A DNA stretch of 64,000 nucleotides, from contig CATNEN010000007.1 of the NCBI GenBank assembly GCA_950097015.1, positions 9,114,001 to 9,178,000 of the forward strand. The letters run 5' to 3'. Origin of the DNA: Macrostomum hystrix (Eukaryota; Animalia; Platyhelminthes). The position numbers were made by a program, and so were the translations under genes. A model generated the notes under the pieces. It did not search any database and was not told the DNA's origin. It was given only the letters and a program-made list of their open reading frames with translations. Positions 1 through 12,095 of this stretch are shown one piece after another. Positions within the stretch are counted from its first letter, which is position 1. Each line of letters starts with the position of its first letter.

Positions 1-600
1 TGGCAGCAGATGCAGAAAATGAAATTGACGCGCTTACGTCACTGCGAACAGAGGCTGTTTCCAAATGCCTCTCTTCCGAGCCTCATCAAACTTCTTAATG
101 GGGAAGCAGGCCACATCCCGTCATTACCTGCGGAGTTTGGCTTCGTACCCATAATGTCACGTGAAAAGATGGATTAACTCGGCAAGCGAGGACTTTGTAA
201 GGCCGCTCTGATTAAAACCCGTAGTGCTTGGACTCATCAGCTATGCTAGAGTCTGGCCGGACCATCGGCCTTGGGATTCAGAATAAAGAAGAGGAGAGAA
301 AGGAGGTCCAGTAGAAGGACCTCACTCGTTCTATAAGAGCTTTGTAATTAAACTCCTTTTGTGTTCCCAACCTTTTTGCTCTTAATCAACTGCCCCAGCG
401 TCGTTCCGGTTGGCTCTTTGTGACTCAGCTCCTCCCATCGAGTGCTTGATGCTTATGTCAGTTAAAGCATAGCCCACAAATCATAGCCTTCGGCTCGCAT
501 CCAATCGAGTGTGCTTTAAAAAATCTTCATCCTGCGTGTGTTTGACGATTGAAAGCGAGCTGTTAATCGTCAAAGCCAAATCTGCTGCCTGAATCCTCAG

Positions 601-1609
601 GTGATCGTGTACCCGACTCGCACCAGAATGGAGCGACGCACAATGGCCCTGTGCCTGATGGCCATCTGGGGCGCCGCCGGCATGATGGCCAGTCCGCTGT
701 TTCTCTTCGCCACCATTGAGCAGAACCGTCTGCAGTACGGCAAGCCACAGAAGATCTGCAGTGAGACCACCACGCGGATTTTTGTGAAGTACGCCAAGCT
801 AGCCTATGGCAGCGGTGTGATGGTAGTGCAGTATCTGGTGCCACTCGGCATTGTGGTGGCAGCATATGCTAGGATCTGCGTGCGCCTGCAGCATCGCATG
901 CGCAGCTTGAAGCAGAGGGGCGATCACCGTTCTGCCTACCAAGCCAACCGAGAAGCCACGGAAGCCGTTCGCCAGAGACGGGCCAACCTGCTGCTTGTCA
1001 CCATCGCTGTGGTGTTCAGCCTCTCCTGGCTGCCCCTCACCATTGTGAACATTGTGCATGACTTTCGCGTCCTGAAAGTGAGTGTCTGATTGAAATTGTG
1101 TGCCAGAAACGCGAAAAACTTTGCATCTTTTCAGACTAATATGGCCTTTTGCATTGCCTAAACCTGTATAAACCTCTTGCTAGGTCAAGGAGCGCCGCCA
1201 AGGATCTTCGGACCGTACCAGCCTTCTCGGCTTGGAGAATTCCAGCTCTGGTGACAGCACTCTGCTCATCTCCGTGTCACAGAGCATCCCGCTGCTGCTA
1301 GTCCTGGTGTCGGCCTGTCTGAATCCTGTCTTCTATGGCTGGTTCAATGACAACTTCCAAACTGAGTTTCACCGCCTGCTCTGTCTCAACCGTCTGGCCA
1401 GAGCTGGGCCAAAGTTTCGCGCGCGGGTTGGCGCCAGCAGTGGCGCTAGTGGCGGCGCCAGCGCCAGCGCCAGAGTCGATGCAGGAGCCGCCGGCACCGT
1501 CGGCTCGAAGCCAGGAGACGCCGGGCAGACTATCCCGCTGATTGTACTTGAGTCCGCCAGCGGAGTTGCTGCTGCCTCTGCTACCGAGGCGGATGATATA
1601 GAGGCTTAG
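601..1609 (+). CDS. Rhodopsin-family neuropeptide GPCR (NPY/NPF receptor-like), last two exons (601-1077, 1184-1609); 5' exons lie upstream of the window
   Basis: CAG acceptor at 598-600, GTGAGT donor at 1078 and TAG acceptor at 1181-1183 join in frame. Motifs: IVYP after TM3, TM5 QYLVPLGIVVAAYARI, TM6 VFSLSWLP, TM7 SACLNPVFYGWFNDNF (NPxxY). Confidence 0.9.
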
Positions 1610-3340
1610 CAGAAAGCTACTTCTGGTGCGGATTTAAGAAACGTTCAAGATGATTTTAGGTTTGATAGTTTTTTTCTGATAAATTTACTTCGTGAGCCGA
1701 TTTGACAGAGACAAAGTATTTCGAGATTAACAAATTCCTCAATTATCGAGAATGATTCTGAATATGAATATTCTGAATTCTGAATATATATAATTCTGAG
1801 ATGAGGCGGAGGATTCTGGAGTCAGATGCGATCTAAAGAAAGAGACAATACGAAAACACTTTCGCTGGAAAGTGCGGTACACTTTCACAAGAACGCTTCT
1901 ATACTAACAGCACACACTAACAGCGATTGCAACTGCAAAGTATGCTAATTAATTGTAACCTTATAATTTATATATATTTATTTGATGTTTGACCACAGAT
2001 CACTTTATGAAGATGCAACCACCTTAGCACTTATTCTGAATGTACACACGTAAGCCTAGAATTGTGTTCGTCCGGTAGCAGAAGTACTTTTCCTTTATTG
2101 TATTTGTCATTCCCTTAAAATACCGCTCTCTTTTGTTGTCTGCATATGAAATAAGTATTATTGCAGTAGTGCACAACATGTTCATTTCACTTGTTTTATT
2201 TGTTGCTGTGTGCGCAAACCATTAGTATGTTAAAATAATTTTTTAAACTGAAATGGTTATTCTGGGATAAAAATGGTTGTTTTGTCGGTTCCTTGTTGAA
2301 CATACTGTGCTAGCTGTCTCCGCGATCGTTGTGGTATCCAGCTCTATAAAAAAATAAACACAATTGTAGCAGACCTCTCAGCTCTCTCTCTATTTGTTGG
2401 ATTTGGGATTGGTGAGCTGAGTATTTGGGGGGGGGGTGGTAGCGTAAGTTATGAGGGTGAGAATAGGTATTTTCCACGCTGTTCGGGTTGTACCTAAGGT
2501 AGCGCTAATGCCCGAGCGGCAAGACACTAGCTACTAACAATGGGAGCGGAATTTACTGCTGCTGGCACGAGGGCTAAGGTCACTGATCTGGGGCACAGTC
2601 CGTGGGGCGTATCAGGATGGATTGAAGTTGCCTGGTGAACGTCCTTCGCGCTCTCACGTACTTTCCTCTATGGGGTCCGGGATTAGTACAGTCTCATGAG
2701 GGATAAAGGTGGAGTTTAGGGACTTCAGGTGGGTATTTAGGGAACTTTTAGGTGGACTTTTGGACGGGATTTTAGGACGGTATATTGGGATTTTATATGA
2801 TAAACGTGGTTTGAAACAAAATTAAACCCGTAAAAATGGAAAGTGGTTCATTACTACTTGCAGTAAAAGTGTACTAAAATAATATTAAAAGAAACAAACA
2901 GTACAGAACTCAAAACGCCATAAATGATTCCTGTATTAAGAAGACTTTTGTGACTTTAAAATTCGTGCAGTTAAACTTTAATGACGAAATCGACAGAATT
3001 AATCAGAATCTAAAAAACCGGGTTGGTGAGCAAATAACTTGACTATTCCTAAGAAAAAAATCTGCGTAACCTGTAAATAATTTTTCCAGGTAAGAGAAGT
3101 GACATTTTTCAGGAAGGAACGATACAAATGAATCCCTACATTCACTAGTAAATTTAACGAATAAAATTATGAAATGAATCCCTGCTTAAAACAAGCTCAC
3201 TAAGCAGAGATCCGTTGAGAATTAAAAATAGACAACAATTTAGCTGAAAATCAAGTAAAACAAGATGGAAGAATTTTCCATATAAAGCAGAAATCAGATA
3301 GAAAGTAAAACATAGCTGACGTCTAACCACAAGCTACAAC

Positions 3341-3581
3341 GGAGCTTTTAGTCCAGTGGTTTAGTTTTTGGACTTCTGGAGCTCGAATCTCAGCCCAGTG
3401 AAGCAATTTGTGTCCATAAGCAAGACACTTGATTCCCATAGCCTCAGTCCAACCAGCCCTAAAATGGCTGCCAGCATCAGCTGAGGGTTGAAATGACGAG
3501 TCTCTGGAATCTGCGGGTGAATGCTGCGGCAGTGCCACTGGCTGAGAATCACGCCTAGGTGTAGTTTTCTATCTATCTATC
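3341..3581 (+). mobile_element. tRNA-derived SINE (CORE-like central domain)
   Basis: A-box-like TAGTCCAGTGG, B-box-like GCTCGAATC, central GTGTCCATAAGCAAGACACTT...CCTCAGTCCAACCAGC..TAAAATGG, and a (TATC)n tail. A related segment occurs at ~19766-19960 on the minus strand. Confidence 0.6.
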
Positions 3582-3672
3582 TAGATGACAGAAATTTCCG
3601 CTATAATATACAATACTAGATTATCCAGACCCCACGCACAAAGCTTCAAGCTTCGATAGTAAACAGTTCCTC

Positions 3673-4727
3673 TCAGCGCCGCAGAAAGATCAGCAGGTGG
3701 TCACCTGGTTGGCGCACAATGCCTAAAGACCGCTTGAGAATCTCAGCCTCCTTGCCGGCGAACTGTGGAGCAAGGGAGATTCGGAAGCGTTGTATGATGG
3801 CGGTGAACACGAGGAAGACCTCCATGCGGACCATGCCATCGTCAGCGCAGGAGCGACGGCCGATGAGAAACGGCACAGCCTTACCGTGGCCGTTGAAGGC
3901 TCCCTTTTCGCCAAGGAAATGTTCTAGATAGAATTCATTCGTCTTAGACCAGATTCGAGCATGGTGATGAACTGCGTACACGCAGGGAAGGATGATAGCT
4001 TCCTTCGAAATTCTGAACCCGCGGAACACGGCGTCACTCTCTGCCCGATGGAATATTCCAAGAGCCACGAGTGACACGTCGATCCTCGAAGCCCTCCTCG
4101 ATCACTGCGCTCGTGAAGTGCAGCTTCGGCTTGTCTGATGTCTGAGTTCGTCTGTCCATGCCGACTTCGCGATCCAGCTCGCTCTGAACCTTCTTCTGGA
4201 TCTCGGGGTGCACCGACATCAGAATGAAGAGCCACTCTAGTGACCGCACTGTCGTGTCCGTTTCAGCGAGCACAATTTGAAGCTCCCTAAATGATTCGAA
4301 GTCGCCTCGCTTCTCAGCCTTCCGCTTCTCAAGAATGTACACATCACAGAGACACTCGGGCTCCATCGAGTCGTCAACCAGAATACTCTCGCGGACGCGT
4401 ATCTGTTCACGAATGAAATCGTGAAATTTTAGAACTACATTCACCAATTTTTTCGATGTGGGCATCATGTGTACGAGTACCGTGAAATCCAAGTAAGGAA
4501 AAAGAAGCGGCGAGGTAAGAATTATTGGCGTGTTGAAAAACTTCTTGACAGAATTATGAATGAACTCAAACTCCTTTTCACCTTTCTGGAAACGATTAAG
4601 CGTTATGCTGTGCGATCACCCCAAGTTGCCTCGGTGAAGGCGTCAGATACTTGGATTCTATTCTTGCCTTCAGATGCGCATTCTAGCAGCTGAAAAATAA
4701 TTTCGAACTGAATTGTATCCATTTCTC
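3673..4727 (-). pseudogene. Cytochrome P450 pseudogene, 5'-truncated inverted paralog of the CYP at 7852-9366
   Basis: Translated fragments (EIIFQLLE..DAFTEAT; DDSMEPECLCDVYILEKRK; FLIGRRSCADDG) align to the intact CYP. It has frameshifts near 4080 and 4620, a 21-nt deletion in helix I and no N-terminus. Confidence 0.9.
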
Positions 4728-5699
4728 ATTGGTTTTCGTTTCTTGGCTTTGTTTTTTGTCTATCGTTGCTTTTGAAAACGGATTGCAAATTCATTTTGTT
4801 AGTCCATAAATAATATTAATACTTCAGTAGCAGAAATTTCCAATATTTTATACTACGTACGCTCGTAGTAGCTGATTGAGTAGCCGTAGTAGTCTCACCT
4901 GATTGATTACGGATTTTTTCTATGAACACTATTTTTACTATTTACTAGTGTAAGGCACAGAACTTACCTTAAGTTCTGTGGTGTTCTGTGGTGGTAGTGG
5001 TAGTAGACCTGGCTCGGGTAGAGTACCCGCTAGGCCAGTAATGTCGAGTAAATTTGAAAAGTACGTCACAATATAACGAAAAATACGAAAAAAAAGAATA
5101 AAAATTCAGCGAAAGATTATTTTTGAGGCGGCGCGAGAACAGGAAATAACGAGTGATAACGACGAAAGTGAAAATTATTGGTAAAATAAGTTATAGAAAA
5201 AAACATAGAAAATGGTAAATTTATAAACTCAGTAGAAGCAATTCATGGGATTAAAAGCAAATTAGATGGCAGAGACAATGCAAGGAAGGAAAAAAGCAAA
5301 AGGAGTAGCATGAGGAAAGAAAGAGTTCTAGATAATTCTTAATAAATAAGCAAATGCAAAATTTAACAAAAGAAACTTTAAAAAACAATAAGGTATAGCG
5401 GAATAATCGCGTGGAAAGCAATGGGGAGGAAGGATGGAAAATGGGGAGGCAATGTAAAAAACGAGAGCATATATAGTTCGCACTGAGGAAAAAAAGCAAT
5501 TCGAAAATTACATGTAGAAAGAGAGGCAAACAGGTGCAAAAAAGCACAAATACATACACAAGGTGGGGAGAAACAGAAAAACAGGACAGCAATGGAGGTG
5601 ACAAGAGAGGGTGAACGGTCACAGAGGAGAGCAAGAGAAAGATAGAGGGACAAGAAAACGAGGGAGACGGAATGGCAGACAAAAAGGACAGAGGAGTGA

Positions 5700-6490
5700 C
5701 TAAGAGTTCTTAATGACATTGTAGACGTTTTTCAACATTGAAAGTTCTTGTCTTGTCTTTTTGTGGTTAGGATGGAGCCCAATGCGGTAAAAATCCCTCA
5801 AAGAAAAGGTTTCCCTTTGGAAGTATTTAATTCTAATCGTTCTGAAGTAATTGCAACTGCTAACATAGTGAAAAATGTCAATGGGGCCAAACTGACTACA
5901 ATAAGTGCAACTGACAAGGCTTTCAGCATAACCTTTTTTGGGGAGGTATTCAGATTTCAATTTTAAGTAAAGGTTTAAATAATTTTTGTCTCTGAAAAGA
6001 CTATTAAAATAGAAGTGTGGCTTGTAAATTTGTTTAAAGAGGTTCATGTCATAGTAATACATCAGACTATTGTGATTTTTAAGGTCATAGATTTTTTGTC
6101 TGGAAGGCTTCAGTAAGCTTGCTCAGAACAAGGTTCTTATCCTTTGAAAACGTGCTAAAAGAAACAGTGTCAGAGAGGTGTTTGAGATCCAGGTTATTAA
6201 GTTGAGTAGTAATTGTCCTCTTCCATGGATCAGATGTGTTGGCATTGTTAATAAAGAGTCTAATAGTTGTTTGATTAATTTTTTTGCGTATAAGCTGTAG
6301 AGGAGGTACATTTTCTTGATAATTTCTGATATAGGTAGAATATTGAGTTCATTAAGAATACCTTTATTGCTTGCGCAAGAAGGAAGGTTAAGAAGGACTT
6401 TGTAGAATTTAGTTTGGATTTTGTCAAGCTCAGCAAGTTTAGAGTGGCTTGCTAATGGACCCCAGACCTCACATCCATAAGTGATGACAG
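5700..6490 (-). mobile_element. 5'-truncated, decayed non-LTR retrotransposon (LINE) ORF2 C-terminal fragment
   Basis: VITYGCEVWG...LDKIQTKFYKVLLNLPSCASNKGILNELN is typical of the post-RT region. CTYC...DIFHYVSSC resembles the C-terminal CCHC knuckle. The reading frame is broken. Confidence 0.75.
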
Positions 6491-7730
6491 TGTGGTGTAA
6501 GGTGCAGAGTTTCAAAACACACTCGACAACCCCACTCCGGTGCCACGCTGGCAGATTAGACACAGGCAGAGCCAGCCTGGCCTCGTGTCAAGCTGAGACA
6601 AGCAAAACCCAAACTGCAGTTTTATTTTTATCTCTTCTGCGGCCGCCACGCAGCTAAAACGATGAGCATAATTTGGGCCTGTCGTGCATAGGTGTACGGC
6701 CAGATGCTAGCCACAGAAAATGCACTCGATTTGCTTATCTTAGAATTGAGTAAACATCAGCCGTCCGCTGTCTGGTCTCAGTAAGCCTTGGGGTTTTCGA
6801 GTCAAGTTGCATGAGAAGGTCAACGTTGGCAAGTTACAACTATTAGCATGCGAAGGCTTGATTTTCATTTGAGTCGTCTTACATAACCAGAGCCCTGCAT
6901 GAGTCGCCTCGCCTTACCTTACCTCCTAACTTATGTTAATCACAACTGACACATTGGAACACAGATGAACGACTGTTGCATTATCTGCTTAAGACATAGA
7001 GAAGTGTCTTTCTTAACAGTGGTGGCTCTACTCAACTATGAGCAGCACTGCTGGCAGCTCGTCCACAGCCTCACAAAAAGGCCCCAATCCCAACATTTTT
7101 ACTGAAATTGAGCCAAAAGCACGGCAATTATTCAGTTTAGCCAGGAACCAAGAATGCAGTAAAGCCTTTGAAACTTGGCAGTGCAATATTTCCTGGAACC
7201 ACAAGAACACTTTCACAAGTGGCATATAGATAGGACAGCAGCTGATAATTTTTATCAATATTGATCGACAAAGCTAATTAAAAAACCATGTTGTTTAGTC
7301 GGTCTCAATTTTATTTGTTGCACGAAGGAATTCAAAAAGCAAAAACTACTCATAGTCTTCCTCGACAATGACCGGTCGTTGCCTCCTAGGTCAGAGACGC
7401 ATGGCAAAGGACTCTGGACTCTGCACTAAAGAAGGTTCGGGAAATTCGACCAATCACGCAAATCGATATTCAGAGTACCTGGCAACCAACTTTTAGCCCC
7501 ACGTGACAATAAATTGAGTCTGCCTCAAGATTGCTTTGACCAGTCGGCAGGTGCTCTCAGCATTTCAAGTCAGCGCTTCTAATCGAAAAAGAAAGGAGAC
7601 CAGAAATAAGGCCGAGAAGAGAGGGCAACTACAATAGATAGCAAGCAGGAGAGCTGCACTCGAGGCTACTGGCAAATGCACGCAGCAAGCACAACTCCAA
7701 TCCTAGCGCGCCTCTCTCAACCAGAACATT

Positions 7731-7756
7731 TTTATATAAAATGTGCGCTATATAAC
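7731..7756 (+). promoter_or_regulatory. Candidate TATA elements of the CYP gene
   Basis: TTTATATAAA (7731-7740) and CTATATAA (~7748-7755), about 100 bp upstream of the CYP ATG. Confidence 0.35.
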
Positions 7757-7851
7757 TGGTGGTGCTAGATACAAGAAAAGCAGCATCGAAATCAGCAAAC
7801 AGGAAACAAACGCACGCGCCACAATAGTCAGATTCGACTAAATTCAATTCA

Positions 7852-9366
7852 ATGGCGAATCTACTGTCCTCAGTGAACAACAAGACTGCTCTCGGCATCG
7901 GAATCCCGGTGGCCCTGCTCGGCTGCTACGGAGCCTATCAGTGGTATCGGTCGAGAGACCTGCCTCCCGGACCCGTCGGATTGCCCATTGTCGGTCGATT
8001 CCCATGGCTGAATCCCGAACAAATGCACCTCAGCATTGAACAAATGTCGAAGAAGTACGGAGATATCTACTCATTCCGAATGGGGTCAGAGCTCATTGTG
8101 GCAGTTTGCAACTACGATCTGATCAAAGAGATGCTCAACGATGACAACTTCACCGGCCGACCGCAACCACCTTTTCTTGTACGTCTGATCGAGGGCTGTG
8201 GGATCTTTCTCTCGGAGGGAGAATCGTGGAGTCGCCAGCGACGGCTCGCTCTCAAGAGTTTAAGAGACTTCGGATTCGCTCGCACGCGATCTGCCGAGAT
8301 GGTCGACGTGCAGCTCGACATCATCTTCCAGCTCTTGGAGAAGTCCATCGAGGACAAGCAGAGCTTGCGAGTTCTGGACGCGTTCACCGAAGCCACAAAC
8401 GGAGTGATCGCTCAGCTCACGTTGAACCGGCGGTTCAAGAAAGAAGAGAAGGAGTTTCAGTTCTTTAACGAAACAATAAAGACTTTTTTTAACACACCAA
8501 TTACTCTCAATCTTCCTTTGTTTTTCCCTTGGATGAGTCTGCTGGTACGGCTGATGCCTTCGACAAACTACTTCACTGATCTCATGTTAAAACTGCATGC
8601 CTTCATTCGCGAACAGATCCAGATTCGCGAGAAAATAATTGTCGACGACTCGATGGAGCCCGAGTGTCTCTGCGATGTTTACATTCTTGAGAAGCGGAAG
8701 TCTGAGAAGCGAGGCGACTTCGAATCATTTAGGGAGCTTCAAATTGTGCGCGTCGTTCTTGAATTCTTTCTCGCTGGAACGGACACGACAGCGCGGTCAC
8801 TAGAGTGGCTCTTCATTCTGATGTCGGTGCACCCCGAGATCCAGAAGAAGGTTCAGAGCGAGCTGGATCGCGAAGTCGGCATGGACAGACGAACTCAGAC
8901 ATCAGACAAGCCGAAGCTGCACTTCACGAGTGCAGTGATCGAGGAGGCCTATCGATTTCTTTCGCTTGCTGCCCTGGGCGCCTTTCATCGCGCAAAAAGT
9001 GACGCCGTTTTCCACGGATTCCGTATCCCGAAGGGCACAATTATCATGCCGAGTGTGTACTCCTCAAACCACGATGCTCGAATCTGGTCTAAGCCGAACG
9101 AATTCTATCCTGAACATTTCCTTGACGAAAAGGGAGCGTTTACAGGCACTGGCAAAAATGTTCCCTTCTTAATTGGTCGTCGAGCTTGCGCTGGCGAAGG
9201 CCTGGCCCGTATGGAAGTGTTCCTCATGTTCGCCGCCATCATGCAGCGCTTCCGAGTCTCTCTTGACCCGGAGTTCGCTGGCAGAGAGGCCGAGATTATC
9301 AAAGGATCACTGGGGATATTGCGCAAGCCCGGTGAGCACCGTCTGGTCTTTCAGCGCCGCTTATGA
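7852..9366 (+). CDS. Cytochrome P450, clan 2-like, intronless, 504 aa
   Basis: N-terminal anchor plus PPGP hinge, WxxxR (WSRQR), I-helix AGTDTT, ExxR (EAYR), PEHF and heme motif FLIGRRACAG. Confidence 0.97.
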   Translation: MANLLSSVNNKTALGIGIPVALLGCYGAYQWYRSRDLPPGPVGLPIVGRFPWLNPEQMHLSIEQMSKKYGDIYSFRMGSELIVAVCNYDLIKEMLNDDNFTGRPQPPFLVRLIEGCGIFLSEGESWSRQRRLALKSLRDFGFARTRSAEMVDVQLDIIFQLLEKSIEDKQSLRVLDAFTEATNGVIAQLTLNRRFKKEEKEFQFFNETIKTFFNTPITLNLPLFFPWMSLLVRLMPSTNYFTDLMLKLHAFIREQIQIREKIIVDDSMEPECLCDVYILEKRKSEKRGDFESFRELQIVRVVLEFFLAGTDTTARSLEWLFILMSVHPEIQKKVQSELDREVGMDRRTQTSDKPKLHFTSAVIEEAYRFLSLAALGAFHRAKSDAVFHGFRIPKGTIIMPSVYSSNHDARIWSKPNEFYPEHFLDEKGAFTGTGKNVPFLIGRRACAGEGLARMEVFLMFAAIMQRFRVSLDPEFAGREAEIIKGSLGILRKPGEHRLVFQRRL

Positions 9367-11057
9367 AGCAATGAAGCGTAAAGTAGGAATCGTGTTTTCT
9401 CCTTACTTCTGATAGACACGTGCAAGAATCGGTTCGATTTTTTAACGATTTTTAATATAATATTTGCTTAATATTTGCTTAAAACAAAAATTTGTATGTC
9501 ATCAGATTTTCAAAATAGTATCGTTTTCTTTGCCCTGTAAAGACGTATTTTAATTGCTGCTGTCTCAATATTGTTATGTGATGGCTCGTGCACGGAAAAT
9601 AGCTGATTAATTGTAAATGTTGCCTACTGTTGCTAGGCCATCGCACAATTGGAATTTGGTGCCATATTTTCAGTGCTTTTTGTTTTTATCGAAAACGAAA
9701 ATTATAAAAGAATACTAGCAGCCAATTTTTTGCAAGAAAACAGTTGTCAAGACAACAGTTGGAAGTTGAAGCAAAAATCAGGTATTCAACTGATGAATAT
9801 AATAAATACAAGATAAATTTTCACTATACGAATACATTTCCATTGCATTAAAGTGAAAACAACAAAACAATATTGCTTGTCGAAAACTCGATACATATGC
9901 GGACAAGCTTCAAATTTTATCGCTAAAAATTAGAATTGAAACACAGATGCGTTTCGTGTCAAAAATACACATGCAAAATTCGCTCTTCCACGCTGGCAGT
10001 TCTGGTAAAGCCGTCTTAGCGAGTAATTGTACCTGCCACTATAGTCGACGCACATCTCACTAGCGATGCTCAAACAATAGACTTGAGGTCACTGGACAAT
10101 TGCTGGCGCACCAAAGACACGTTTAACGAAAACTTATTTTATGCGTAACCCGAATTAACGTTTCAAAATCTGAGAATTATTCCCAGAGAAAGCTTTAGAG
10201 AAATTGGTTTCGGAGTTTTAATCAGGATTTTGGACATTATGAATGAACATTTCGCTGTTTATAAATAAAGGTCCATTGTTGTTGCACTTGCTATACTTGC
10301 TACAACTCTCTTTCCAAACTTTGGGCCATAGACATTTTGAGCGTGCTCCAAAGATTGATTGCTGCACGCTTCGACTGAATTATTGTTGCACGATTTAACT
10401 GTCTAGTAACAGTGGCCCAAAATCATACAACACCGATGGAGACAGCTGTCGTGCTCCGCTAATATTCTTTTTGCATCCAAATAAACACTGCGAGCACTCA
10501 ATTTAACAACAAGTGGCAGAACGCATGCGCTGCAGTCGCTGCTGCCTCATGTCTGTGGCCAAAAGTGTGGTGAAGGAGCAGCCAATTTACTGTTAATTAA
10601 ACTGTATGCATCAACAAAAGTTGAATGCAACGCAAGATGCAAAAAATTAAAGGGAACAGTGCAGCACAGAAAGTGTCCGGCGTTACTCGCAAAAAAGCGT
10701 AAACACCACACTCCCAGGCACGAAGGCAGACAGAGACAGCAGATGCGACACAGCAGAGAGCGAACGAGGGAAGGGCACCGTCTATGGCCCAAACCCAAAA
10801 AAAAGGAAGAGGAAGGGGGGGAGGCACGCAACATAAAATGCAAAATAGGGTGACGCCGGTACGCACTTAAAACAGAGCTAAAACATAAAACACAAAATGG
10901 TTGAAGGCGTAAAGAAGTTACAAGCAAGACCAGCGAGCGCAGCACAACAACTAAACGTGAAGCAAAAAAATACAGAAGACAGAAGCCGCCGGCACTTGGT
11001 CCACAGCGACTACAAAAGAAAGAGGTCACAAAGAATGTTTGAGCGACAGATCAAGGG

Positions 11058-12095
11058 TCAAACGCACGCTGATAGTTTTTGAGCAGCAGCCAGTTGCAGG
11101 TCGAGGCCCGACTCCAACCCAAGGTACGCCTCCACCGCCGAACTCCGCCAGTCTCCCAGCGCCTTGACGACGGGCAGCGGGATGCCTTCCCGAAAGGCTA
11201 GGGAGGCACCACCGCGACGGAGGCTGTGCGGTGAGAGCGATAGTCCTCCCAGGCCGGCGAGGTTGACTGCGCGGCGAAACAGGCGGCAGAACCGGGTGGC
11301 GGTCATTGGCACGAGACCACCGCAATGGCGGAAGGCGAAGAGATGGGCTGAAGCAGGGACGGGCTGGTTGGCGTGCAGGTGGTGTCGCAGCGCTGCCACC
11401 GGACAGAGCGGGTGCTGCGCCTCGCGTCGAAGGCGTGGCAGGACCACGCGGTGCACTCGCTCACGGAACTGATTGGTCTTGGACTTGCGGACATGCAGGA
11501 TTGCCAGGTCCGAGCCCAGCCGTAGGTCTTCAACGATGATGGCCTCTCCCGGTGGCGGCATTGGGGTCGGGCAGCACAGGTTTGCGCGGCGCAGCAGGCC
11601 CCAGAATCCGACCAGGACAGCCGCCCAGAAGGCTGCGTCCTCCGGAATATGCAGCTGCAGTACTCCCCGCATTTTGAGCAGGTGGTTTGGCTTGATTGGA
11701 GCCTTGCGCGCGGGTGGCCTGGCCAGCTTGCGTCGCACGCCGCGGAGGAGCAGGTCGATGCGAGGGTCGCTTGGGAGGCCGCGGCCAGTCTGCAGCTTGC
11801 AGTACAGGTCGGCGGCGTTAAGGTATGCGCCAATGCTGGCATGCGATGTGAGGCGGTCGGCCAGCACGATGACGTAGTGCGCGACCTGCTGTGCTGACGG
11901 TCTGGTGCTGTCAATGCGCGTTCGCTTACAGAAGCGTTGCCAGGAGGCAATCTGGCAGCGGTAGGAGCGCGCTGTCGTGCCTGCGAAGGCCAGGCTGCAG
12001 AGCTCGTGGTAGCGGCGGCTGAGGTGCGAACCCGGGACCGTAGGCGAGCGATCTGCAAAGAAAGGAATTGGCGGGCGGCGGACGAAAGGGTGTGC
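11058..12095 (-). CDS. Tyrosine recombinase (ORF3) of the YR retrotransposon; the frame is open from ~12095 but the start is undefined
   Basis: Catalytic set present: GLLR (R), KSKT (K), HSLR (HxxR), GDW, AYL (Y). The N-terminal part LAFAGTTARSYRCQIASWQRFC is in the same frame, upstream of the GTG at 11867. Confidence 0.93.
   Translation of the reverse strand, partial: AHPFVRRPPIPFFADRSPTVPGSHLSRRYHELCSLAFAGTTARSYRCQIASWQRFCKRTRIDSTRPSAQQVAHYVIVLADRLTSHASIGAYLNAADLYCKLQTGRGLPSDPRIDLLLRGVRRKLARPPARKAPIKPNHLLKMRGVLQLHIPEDAAFWAAVLVGFWGLLRRANLCCPTPMPPPGEAIIVEDLRLGSDLAILHVRKSKTNQFRERVHRVVLPRLRREAQHPLCPVAALRHHLHANQPVPASAHLFAFRHCGGLVPMTATRFCRLFRRAVNLAGLGGLSLSPHSLRRGGASLAFREGIPLPVVKALGDWRSSAVEAYLGLESGLDLQLAAAQKLSACV

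Noticed and set aside
230-241. Minus-strand CTGATGAGTCC hammerhead core
   Set aside because: No matching GGAC-GAAA downstream.
5251-5719. Hydrophobic minus-strand ORFs
   Set aside because: Low-complexity T/C-rich sequence, probably the LINE 3' region.
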